In this document: positions 1 through 9,475 of the stretch, piece by piece
Layout: each line of letters begins with the position of its first letter
Numbering within the stretch: position 1 is the first letter of the stretch
Source: Nemertoderma westbladi
Taxonomy: Eukaryota; Animalia; Xenacoelomorpha
Assembly (NCBI GenBank): GCA_032718475.1
Contig: JAUCBJ010001262.1
Coordinates: 1 to 37,605 of the forward strand
Reading direction: 5' to 3'
Length of the DNA stretch: 37,605 bases
Program-made: the position numbers and the translations under genes
Notes under the pieces: model-generated
Told to the model about the DNA's origin: nothing
Databases searched by the model: none
What the model saw: only the letters and a program-made list of their open reading frames with translations

Positions 1-117
1 GTAAGTAAAGTATCAAGGTGAGATGAGTTTCATTAGTTCGATTAATTAGATTCGATTCGTTAAGGTAACAGTTTATACTTTCGATAATTCAAGCAGTTTA
101 CTAGAGTTCTTCCCAAA

Positions 118-555
118 AAGCCGGTGTTTCTGGCTTAGACAGCAATAACAACAAAGTATCAAGTAAAAACAGTAAGACTGAACACTCTCCTTATGATCGA
201 CTAAAAGCTACACGTCGACAGGAAAAATCGCTCTGATTGGCTCAAGCCAAACAAAGAACCTTGCATCTAATGGCTGTTTCCATGTCAGCAACCAGCTGCT
301 AGATGTCGTAATATGAATCATCACGGCTAAGCTGTGAAAGGTAGTTGGTGCATTACAGGTTTTTTGCCTTACCATGTCCGCCAAAACACGTATATAGCAG
401 AATTACTTTTATGTCCGTTAAAACACCTGTAAAGGTACCTTGCGGGCGAGGGGAATATATATACAGTCCGAGAACCCTTTTAGAGTATTCCAGCGCCGGG
501 GGGGGAACTGGCCAGCAAAGGCAAACGTATCAGTTATCCCACAAAAGCTTTTACA
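118..555 (-). repeat. Diverged interspersed repeat (possible solo-LTR family), inverted relative of 6217-6594
   Basis: Collinear blocks match the reverse complement of 6217-6594: aagccggtgtttctggcttaga (118-139), aaaatcgctctgattggc (224-241), aacaaagaa, caaaagcttttaca (542-555). On the minus strand it starts TGTAAAAGC. It may run off the window start. Confidence 0.55.
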
Positions 556-662
556 AATGTACATTATGTGATTGATGTTTTTGCTTTTAATCATAGAGTA
601 CATGGGATTGTTAGTGTACAGTATGTACTGTATATTTTTTTATCACCACATTGAACCTAAAC

Positions 663-916
663 CTATCGTACAGCAGTAGGAGTAGGTTGTCGCACCCAAC
701 CGTGAGGTTCCCTGTCGTACAGCAGTAGGAGTAGGTTGTCGCACCCAACCGTGAGGTTCCCTCTATCGTACAGCAGTAGGAGTAGGTTGTCGCACCCAAC
801 CGTGAGGTTCCCTATCGTACAGCAGTAGGAGTAGGTTGTCGCACCCAACCGTGAGGTTCCCTATCGTACAGCAGCAGGAGTAGGTTGTCGCACCCAACCG
901 TGAGGTTCCCTGTCGT
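663..916. repeat. 49-bp minisatellite, 5 copies plus a partial, overlapping the tetraspanin 3' end
   Basis: Unit ctatcgtacagcagtaggagtaggttgtcgcacccaaccgtgaggttcc at 663, 712, 763, 812 and 861; partial ctgtcgt at 910. Confidence 0.97.
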
Positions 917-1907
917 CAATCTGGTATCGTTTCTCACCCCAGTCCCAATCGTCGTCTTCTTCTCCATAACCCAAATCATTAGGATCCTCGACGATCTCAG
1001 CGGGTTCGTAACCCGCTGGTTTCCCGAAGGTCAAACAAAGGAACCCGTCCGAGGGTTCATTCCAATCCCCAACCAATGCGTTGTCTATAGAAGTCTGTAG
1101 ATAGCGGAGAGCCAACATGAAAATAATCTCGATAAAAAATAGCGAAAGAGTGGCGCGAGCCCCAACTAACATGGTGGCGTTCCACACTGCTTGAAGCTTA
1201 GTGGCGCACCCTTCTGAATATATCGTTAGATCTACAGTCGGGTCGTATTTATACCGCGGCAACTCCAGGTCCAGGTGAATGCAGGGTCGCAGCACTAACG
1301 GGTCGCAACAACTCCAGGGAACGCTATCACTCAACTCCTCCCCTCCCCAGTGCACCAGGAACCAATCTGTGTACTTCTCGCTGCCACAGCAACCCAACTC
1401 CCTCTGCAGGTCGTCCAAGTCCGTTTTAATGTCTCGGTTTATGCTGTAACTTCGCATGCTATGTGCAATCCCAGATTTGAAACTATCTCGTGATTCGCTG
1501 ATGTGATTGTATGTGATAATAGAGGTGGCCAATGTGCACCAAAGTAGGACAAAGAATAAACCGTTGTAAACAAGTAAGATATATAACTCACTGAAACGTC
1601 TGCGTCTGTGCTCGTCCATTGCGTAATATAGACTACTTGTAGTGCAGAAGGTTACGAACATGAGTCCACCACCAGTTCCTAGATAAAGACCCACTAACTG
1701 CTCGTCGTTATAGAAGTGGGATGCTAAGTAGGCCTCCCGATCCACACTGTGTCTCAGGTAGAAACCGAAACCCAGCATACTCATTCCCGCAACGAATATA
1801 AAGTCGCTTAACAACCAACACAATTTCGACAGATGCCGCCGACCTACCGCGTCTATTTTCATCGGCAGACAATGGCCAATTACTTTATAGCCTTTCAACG
1901 TGTCCAT
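861..1907 (-). CDS. Peripherin-2/ROM1 (RDS)-like tetraspanin, single-ORF coding region
   Basis: 348-aa ATG-initiated ORF with four hydrophobic segments. The large loop has LQRELGCCG, DWF, VPWSCCDP, RPCI and EGC, and LRYLQTS follows TM4; these parallel PRPH2 LQIEFKCCG, DWF, VPFSCCNP, RPCI, RGC and LRYLQTS. Confidence 0.85.
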   Translation of the reverse strand: MDTLKGYKVIGHCLPMKIDAVGRRHLSKLCWLLSDFIFVAGMSMLGFGFYLRHSVDREAYLASHFYNDEQLVGLYLGTGGGLMFVTFCTTSSLYYAMDEHRRRRFSELYILLVYNGLFFVLLWCTLATSIITYNHISESRDSFKSGIAHSMRSYSINRDIKTDLDDLQRELGCCGSEKYTDWFLVHWGGEELSDSVPWSCCDPLVLRPCIHLDLELPRYKYDPTVDLTIYSEGCATKLQAVWNATMLVGARATLSLFFIEIIFMLALRYLQTSIDNALVGDWNEPSDGFLCLTFGKPAGYEPAEIVEDPNDLGYGEEDDDWDWGEKRYQIDDREPHGWVRQPTPAAVR

Positions 1908-2566
1908 TTTATTAGCAGTTGACGAATTATAGGAATCAAATATGGAATTTGCGGAACTAACTGAATGCAGGATTGCTATATGTACTTTTTGTTCTAGAAC
2001 AAAATTTGTTGCTCAGTTAGGGTCGTTTATTACTTGGCATCATTGGCTAATCTTTTCAATAATGGCTTTTAACTATAATAGCTGTCCAACTATACAGTAT
2101 ATACATGGTTGTCGTAATTTTGTTTCTCCCAAAACTTCAGGGTGGGGTGGAGATTTATCCAAACAAGATATCCGCGTTAATTTATTTTTATAGATATTTA
2201 ATTAATATTAATTCATTATATTATATTACATATTTAGTACTACCGGTATGCCTACCCTACAGTATATCATATTATTAATTATTATATTTATGTTAATTTA
2301 ATTTATATGAAGTTTTTATTATATTTCCAAATTTCATTACTCGCGTATTGTACTGTAGTTTATTTTAACTCCTTGTCACTGCTTAGCCTAACGAACGAGT
2401 TCAACGGCGCCCCATTTCAGCATTTAGGCTACAGTCCTGCAGTCAGACAGTGACAGTACTGCAGTATTACTGTATTAGGCCTACCGTACGTACAGTATTC
2501 TGAGTATTACGGGTAAACCATCGCCAACATAGCAGCATAGGGCAGTAGGGAGTAATTTGATTTATA
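1908..2566. promoter_or_regulatory. Putative bidirectional promoter region between divergent genes
   Basis: About 660 bp between two head-to-head start codons, with a very AT-rich core (~2175-2330). Inferred from gene layout only. Confidence 0.4.
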
Positions 2567-3712
2567 ATGACTGTGTTCAGCCCCAAAGTTGATGAAGTTG
2601 TTCCCTCGGACACTGTTAATCCGACAGGGACAGGAACGACTATCAACTCACATTCACCGGAACCCGGACCGGTTCTTATCCCCAAAGAGGAGCCCCGCAG
2701 TGATCCAGAGTCCCGTAGCCGCTCCCGGGAGCGGGACGACAGCTCCGACTCAGGCAGCTCCCGCGCACGTCGCATCGCTCGGCACCGCCGTCGGTCCGTC
2801 TCCTCCACTAACTCCTCTACCTCCTCCCGCTCCTCCTCGGAATCTTCCACGGAACGCGCTCGTCGTCGCGCCCGGGAAGTACGCTCTCCTAGCAACACAT
2901 CTCCGCCACCCGAAAAAAATATAAAGAAATCCCCAGAGACTCCGAAATCCCGTAAATGTCATGTCGGTAGATTAACTCGCAACGTAAACAAAGACCATTT
3001 AATGGAGATATTCTCTAACTATGGGAAAGTAAAGAGCATAGAGTTACCGTTGGAATGGAATCAGTCTCATCTACATCGCGGATACGCCTACGTAGAGTTC
3101 GAAACATCAGAGGAAGCCGAGAAGGCCGTTAAGTTTATGAACAACGGTCAAGTTGATGGGCAGCAGATCTCGGTGGCGATAATCCTGGCGCCGCCGCCAC
3201 CAACTCGGATCCAACGACGACGGCTGTCCCCTGGCGGGAGACGAGCGCCCCCTAGAGGCGGGCGGTGGAGTCCCCCGAGGTTCCAACGACGATTACCGCC
3301 TAGACGGCCCTTCGCTAGACAACGGAGCCCGCCACACCGACGCCGTTCGAGAAGCCCGCCATTGCGACGCCGCTCCAGAACTCCGCCCAGGGCCAGACGA
3401 TCTCGAACACCACTAAGGCGTTCTAGAACTCCCCACAGGCGTTCTAGAACACCACCAAGGCTTTCTAGAACACCAACGAGGCGTTCTAGAACACCAGCAA
3501 GGCGTTCTAGAACTCCATCAAGGCGTTCTAGAACACCTACAAGACGCTCTAGAAGTCCCCACAGGCGTTCTAGAACACCTACAAGCCTCTCTATAAGTCC
3601 TGCCAAACGTCCTAGAACTCCGCTTAAGAACAGATCGCCAAGGAAACGGTCTCGCTCTCCACAACATGGCAATAACCGAAACAGAAGATCCAGTTCGTCT
3701 AGTAGTAACTGA
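2567..3712 (+). CDS. RNPS1: RNA-binding protein with serine-rich domain 1 (EJC/ASAP component), single-ORF coding region
   Basis: Ser-rich N-terminal region; RRM HVGRLTRNVNKDHLMEIFSNYG...GYAYVEF...AEKAVKFMNNGQVDGQ closely matches RNPS1 HIGRLTRNVTKDHIMEIFSTYG; RS/P-rich tail ending RRSSSSSSN. The start is uncertain because tgttcag at 2574-2580 could be a splice acceptor. Confidence 0.92.
   Translation: MTVFSPKVDEVVPSDTVNPTGTGTTINSHSPEPGPVLIPKEEPRSDPESRSRSRERDDSSDSGSSRARRIARHRRRSVSSTNSSTSSRSSSESSTERARRRAREVRSPSNTSPPPEKNIKKSPETPKSRKCHVGRLTRNVNKDHLMEIFSNYGKVKSIELPLEWNQSHLHRGYAYVEFETSEEAEKAVKFMNNGQVDGQQISVAIILAPPPPTRIQRRRLSPGGRRAPPRGGRWSPPRFQRRLPPRRPFARQRSPPHRRRSRSPPLRRRSRTPPRARRSRTPLRRSRTPHRRSRTPPRLSRTPTRRSRTPARRSRTPSRRSRTPTRRSRSPHRRSRTPTSLSISPAKRPRTPLKNRSPRKRSRSPQHGNNRNRRSSSSSSN
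3395..3583 (+). repeat. Coding 21-bp tandem repeat (RRSRTPx heptads) in RNPS1
   Basis: Eight aggcgttctagaac-type units at exact 21-bp spacing from 3416 to 3583, plus a degenerate unit at 3395. Confidence 0.9.
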
Positions 3713-4704
3713 ACTGAAACCGACAAACTGAACAGACTAACTCGGTAATTGAGGTTTATTGCAATAATTGTAATTGTAGAAAAACACCAGATAACTGCAA
3801 CGTAAATAACTTTTGAAGATTTTAACCATTTTCAACCAAATTTTGTATGGGCATACTAGCGAAAAAGTTCCAATATATTTGAAAATTACGGGCAAATATC
3901 TCTCGAACTTTTGACTCAAGATCAAATAGAACTTGTTTCGAACTTGCTCAAGTTCGCGTGATGCGCGACGTCCCACGAACGTGCTTATTCTACTGTTTGT
4001 TATTTATCAATTCTATTTAATCATTTACCTATTTGTTATGCAGTTACCGTGCTGCCGCGCACAAGGCCTATTGCAATAGTTAAGTACCGGTACTGTAATT
4101 CTAATCTGTACTGTATTCTAATCGTTTATTGTTTTGGTTCCTTCTGGCTACCACTGTAACCTGCTCCTTTATGTTAAACCCTTTATGTTAAACTCAGGTT
4201 TTCTCTACCAGTCTGCTAGTTGACATTCTGACAGTCTGCATGTCGAAATATTAATAGGTAAAAAAAAATAATTTGAAAAAAAATAGGTAAAATGATTTAA
4301 AAAAATAGGTAAAAAAAAAATAATAAAAAAAATAGGAATAACTGCCGAAAAATAACTGCCTATTTCTATTGATGAAGATAATGTTTTCCGGATATTTTTA
4401 CTCGACCTGGCACTTCACCTGTCAGCCTGTACTGTACTGTAGCTGTACACAAGTCCCTAAAAGGTGCCACCCTGCTCCATAGCGCGGGAAATTCAAATGA
4501 TTGAAAGACATGCAATTTGTACTGGAAAGGGTGGCAGATCAGATCTGCCACCTATATTTTGGCGGTAAATTCAAATCTGTTTTAACATTGAAAATATGAA
4601 TAGAGTAAGACTAATGTACTGATGTAATTCATTGAATCAGATCAGAATAAATTATTTCTTATCGGTTTAACTCACTCATCCGTTATTGTTGTTGTTTTAT
4701 CTAT

Positions 4705-4897
4705 TCTGGGACTTCCAGCAGCACGTGAATAAATAAACCAGCACGTTAACTAGTCTGGGACTTCGAGCACCAGGTGAACAACTAAGCTGACTGGTTAACT
4801 AGTCTGGGACTTCGAGCAGCACGTGAACAACTAAGCTGACTGGTTAACTAGTCTGGGACTTCGAGCAGCACGTGAACAACTAAGCTGACTGGTTAAC
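4705..4897. repeat. 49-bp tandem repeat, about 4 copies, inside the TIR element
   Basis: tctgggacttcgagcagcacgtgaacaactaagctgactggttaactag at 4705 (degenerate), 4754, 4803 and 4852. Confidence 0.92.
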
Positions 4898-5467
4898 GAA
4901 ACTTGGTCAACCGACTAACCGACTATTTTTTACCTACAGATGTGATTATGAATTAAATCGGAGTGTAGCGAGCACGGAAAATCTGCTGAATCGTGGTTTT
5001 AGGCTATATTGGTGTGAACAATTGAAAAACCTTTCAAACAACTCATATTTTGAAAGACATTAAAACTTTGGCCTGATTGGCCATGATGATTATAACGTGG
5101 ATTGGATACGGTACCTTCAATGCTCAATTTGTCGGTTTGTCCATAATGTGGGAGTGCAAAACAGTTCAAGGCACGGAAGTACTTCTATAGGTTAATAAAC
5201 AAATACAAAAAATACAGTAATAAAATATCACTAATCAAATATCCATATTCTATTATTAGAATATGTTATTAGAATGATGACTAAGAGTAGAGCGTACAGT
5301 AGTTAGGCACAATACACAAACGCGAGCGAAGCGAGCGAAAATTTTTAGGCCTAACTCTTTTTAAAAATAGGCTATACTGGCAGTGGCAGACCGGTATAAT
5401 TTCAAGTAGAGTGGCTGGATATGTTGCCATGCCAATGCATTTTGCTACTGTACATGACATCCATTTC

Positions 5468-5580
5468 CGCGCCAGGATCCTCAATGCGCGCCACACGCCC
5501 CTGTTCCTTCGCGCCAGGATCCTAAATGCGCGCTACACGCCCCTGTTCCTTCGCGCCCGGATCCTAAATGCGCGCCACAC
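5468..5580. repeat. 42-bp GC-rich tandem repeat, about 2.7 copies
   Basis: cgcgccaggatcctaaatgcgcgctacacgcccctgttcctt at 5468, 5510 and 5552. Confidence 0.9.
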
Positions 5581-6216
5581 ATGTTGAGCAAACTCTACAT
5601 AAATTCCAACCTGGATCGCAGGTAGGCCTACTGTAATAACAATAGGTGTACAATGCGCTACTAACTCAGAAACTGTAATCCTAAATGCGGAACTTAAACC
5701 ATAAACCGAAACAGGGAATAGTACAATGTGGACTTTGTAGTGACACATTTGGCAGTCAGTGCGATATAATTTCTCATGTACAAGCAAATCACGGTATTGC
5801 ATGTTTAGTACAAACGGTAATTCGGTTATTCAACAATTAACAAACGGTTATTCAACGTCCATTTTTAGTTATTAGCATGACGGTAATACAAATTACGCAA
5901 AGTGAACCTTTACTATTCACAATTTTCTATTCATTCACTAAATATAACGAAAATTGAACGTTCATTTAATCCATGGTACGTTCAGTGAACTATACTTGCT
6001 ACCTGGGTTACTCTATTCATATATTCAATGTTAAAACAGATTTGAATTTACCGCCAAAATATAGGTGGCAGATCTGATCTGCCACCCTTTCCAGTAGAAA
6101 TTGCATGTCTTTCAATCATTTGAATTTCCCGCGCTATGGAGCAGGGTGGCACCTTTTAGGGACTTGTCTAGCTGTACTGTACTTCCAAGGCATTCGAAGT
6201 GGTCTACCTGGATTGC

Positions 6217-6747
6217 TGTAAAAGCTTTTGCGGATATAACCAGTCATTTTTCTCCGCAATGAACTGTTTAGTTGTTTTAGCGGACATAACAAGCCATTTT
6301 CTCCGCAATGTACCGTGTAGGTGCTTTTAGCGGACATAACAAGCCATTTTTACCCGTTAAGTCTGTATGCGTGCTTTAGCGGACATAACTAGCCATTTTG
6401 CCGCAATTCGCTTAATACTCTAAAAGATTGTAGCTCAGATGACGAAATCTGTCAGCTGATTTACTGCCAGCGTGGAGCTTTTCTTTGTTCTGCTCGGCCA
6501 ATCAGAGCGATTTTCACTTTGTGTTGGACAGTGCCTACAGAAACCCACGCAATTCAGTCAGTGTGTATCTTTTCTAAGCCCAGAACACCGGCTTAGGATT
6601 CTTCTGTACTTCTGTGGAAGTTTCAGACTTTGACCTAAACCTCAGAAACATCAGATGGCTTTGATTACAAGAACGTAAAACTATTAACGCCACACCGCGG
6701 CATTACGCAACGCGATTCAACTACCGCAACACACCGCAATTCATGCA
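6217..6747 (+). mobile_element. Possible solo LTR or interspersed repeat with internal ~50-bp repeats
   Basis: Starts TGTAAAAGC; four ttagcggacataac..gccattt-type units (~6226-6400); CCAAT box (ggccaatcagagc); homologous to 118-555. Tentative CA end at 6747 with ttgc on both flanks (weak, only 4 bp). Confidence 0.4.
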
Positions 6748-7859
6748 TTGCTGCACATGGAACACTGCATAAGTAACACATACTGACTGTTCACCGCATT
6801 ATTTGATTCTGTTATTAATTGGTGTTATGTTGGTTTATATTGCTGATATATTTGGAGAATACCGATGAATAATCATAAAACCCCAATCTTCTTGATTACT
6901 AAAGGTTAGAGGAACAGGTTTACCGGTAGCAACTGCGACTTACATTATAGTGGTTTTTGTGTGAATTGAATGCTATTTCATAATCCCTACATGTGTCAGT
7001 TGCGATCCTCCTTATATATGATCAAATTCAGTGATGGTCGGCAGATCAGTGTGCAGTAGCGTGAACTAGTGTGAAGTAGTGTGAAGGTTAATAAAGCATC
7101 TCCTAAAGAATGAGCTTTTTACGAAACTCAGTAGCCATCCAGTTGTGATTAGTATAAGTCATAACTCTGTTTTATACTTAAAGCGCCACGTCCTAAAGGA
7201 ACTGTTAATATTTCCTCGAAAGTAAATATATTGTCTGAGATTGTATATTAACGATCAATCGAATAATACAGTAGGTCTACACTGCAATCACTATCAAAGC
7301 ATCCGAATCCAGTCTCCCTTAACTGTGGGTGAATGGTCGCACACAGGCTGGCTTCGGCTGATGTAACTTCAGTACATAAAATAATTGATATACAAAAAGA
7401 CACCTAAAATTGGCAGGTTAAACTGCTAAAGGTCTAAAAGCGCGAACAATTGCCATGTGTTAAATAGGGTTGGTGCTCCAAAAAATTTTGGGCTAGAAAC
7501 AATTGAATAAGGGTTAAGAAGGTGCCCTGAATCGAGTGTGTTTTTTTTTGTAAAAACACGTAGAAACGGTCGATATGGCGGTAAGCGCTGGAGGCCAATT
7601 TTGAAAATCGGCTGTGATTGGCTGCTACATATTTGACGTCATTACGCAGTGATCTGATAATTTTTTATCTTGGTTTCTATGGAGAGAGATTTTCGATCGA
7701 TTCAAATAAACATTAAATCTCAATCATTTCACACGTGGCTTATATCAATTGAAAGCGGATAGTCCTGCGCGTCTTTTGACACTACAATTAATTAAATTAA
7801 TGATGAAGAACATTGATAAATATATGTATTCAGCTGTATTTCCAGCAGCAATACCGGTA

Positions 7860-8777
7860 CGGTGTCACAAGGAAATCAGCCCCCCCTAGAATATGCCCCC
7901 CGGGGCATTATTTCCTAGGATATTATGTCCCCCCGGGCAATTTTTCCTAGGAAATTTAGCCCGGGGGGGCATTTTCTCCTTAGGAAATAATGCCTCCCCT
8001 CAGGAAAATTAGCCCCCCTCAAAAGTCTGAAAACTGGTACGATACCGGTCTGCTGGTAGCCACTTTTAATCTACCAACTGCAGAACTTGTAATAGTTGGA
8101 AGAATAGTACGGTACCGGTCTGCCGGTAGGTAAGCAGGTAAGGCAGTAAGGGATGTAGAACAGCATACTGAAGTATCTAAGTCAGTAGGCTACTGTAGTA
8201 AGTACTGGTATAACAGCAGTGCGAGTGTGTGGTGTTGTGTGGGCGCCGAGCAGCTCCAAGCTTTTTTATGTCTGTAACCTGCTCCTTTCCCTGATTTGGT
8301 AAAGTGATTTTTTATTATTTTGGTTAGAAAATCCCGCCTCTGTAACCTGCTCCTTTCTCTCAATTGGTAATGTTATCGTTTATTGTTTTGGTTAGAAAAT
8401 CCCGTCTCTGTAACCTGCTCCTTTCCCTGATTTGCTAAAGTGACTGTTTATTGTTTTGGTTAGAAAATCCCGCCTCTGTAACCTGTTCCTTTCCCTCAAT
8501 TAGTTAAATGATCGTTTATTGTTTTGGTTAGAAAGGTATGCCTCTGTAACCTGCTCCTTTCCTTCATTTGGTAAAGTGACTGTTTATTGTTTTGTATAAT
8601 TTTTGTAAGTTTTAGTAGTAATAAGTTTTGTTTATTGTATAATTCAGGGGGGGGCATAATTTCCTAAGGGGGGGCATTTTTTCCTAGGGAAATTTGCCCG
8701 GGGGGGCATTTTTTCCTAGGAAAATATGCCCCCCCGGGCACATTTCCCGGGGGGGCATATTTTCCTGTTACAACGGC
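7860..8777. mobile_element. Nested foldback/MITE-like element with modular C/G-run subterminal repeats
   Basis: Ends cggtgtcacaaggaaatcagcccccc and ggggggcatattttcctgttacaacgg are imperfect inverted repeats. Many gccccc/gggggc + tttcctagg modules at 7870-8020 and 8645-8770. Confidence 0.7.
8271..8595. repeat. 68-bp tandem repeat, about 4.8 copies
   Basis: tctgtaacctg recurs at 8271, 8339, 8407, 8475 and 8543. Confidence 0.92.
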
Positions 8778-9475
8778 ATTCCAATCTGTAATGATTAAGG
8801 TAGATTAAATTTAAAATAACACTTAAATTTGTAATACCGGTCTGCCTGTACTTATAGTACAGTAATATTTGGCAGTAGTCTACTTGAATATTAAAAATGT
8901 GTACCAGTCACCGGTAAACCCTACTTAATGAAGTAAATCTGCAATACTCAGATACTGCAATAGGCTGAGTGCTTACATACCGGTCAGGCAATCTGCCGAG
9001 TTTGTAATTGCAAACAGCATTTTATCAATCTTCCCTTTTATGAATTTAATTATTCAAAAGACGCGCAAGACTCTCCGCTTTCAATTGATATTAAGCCACG
9101 TGTGAAATATTTAATGTGTATTTGAATCGATCGAAAATCACCCCCCAAAGAAACCAATATAAAAAAATTTCAGATCACTGCTTAATGATGTCAAATATGT
9201 AGCAGCCAATCACAGCCGATTTTCAAAATTAGCTTCCCACGCTTACTTAAACCGGCCATTTCGACCGTTTCTACGTGTTTTTACAAAAAGCACACCCCGC
9301 CATTCGATTCAGGGCACGTTCTTACCCCTATTCATTTGTTTCTAGCCCAACATATTTTTCGCGCACCAAACCTTATTACCTATATTAGTATTATTATAAA
9401 TAATAGGATAGATAAAATAGGTGAACTTTATTGATTTGGTTACCGGTACGTTATACTATCATAAGATATTAAGTT

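Larger units (their letters stand above)
4449..6168. mobile_element. Non-autonomous DNA transposon with 160-bp TIRs and an 8-9-bp TSD (Mutator-like; hAT/P not excluded)
   Basis: 4449-4608 is the near-perfect reverse complement of 6008-6167. Flanked by direct repeat tagctgtac (4440-4448 and 6169-6177). No transposase ORF inside. Confidence 0.9.
7465..9375. mobile_element. Non-autonomous TIR transposon with long (~330-bp) imperfect inverted repeats
   Basis: ~7465-7800 matches the reverse complement of ~9040-9375, e.g. aaaatcggctgtgattggctgctacatatttgac / gtcaaatatgtagcagccaatcacagccgatttt and tttcacacgtggctta / taagccacgtgtgaaa. TSD not resolved. Confidence 0.85.

Noticed and set aside
611-848. 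Short minus-strand ORFs (MGATTYSYCC...)
   Set aside because: Alternative-frame translations of the 49-bp minisatellite with non-ATG starts.
663-916. Possible CRISPR array
   Set aside because: Contiguous near-identical units with no spacers; eukaryotic context.
2467-3726. Antisense ORFs (143 aa; 192 aa with GVLERL repeats)
   Set aside because: Shadows of the low-complexity RNPS1 coding strand.
8271-8595. 68-bp repeat as ancestor of the ~70-bp satellite
   Set aside because: Only tctgtaa and a T-rich word are shared; no convincing alignment by eye.
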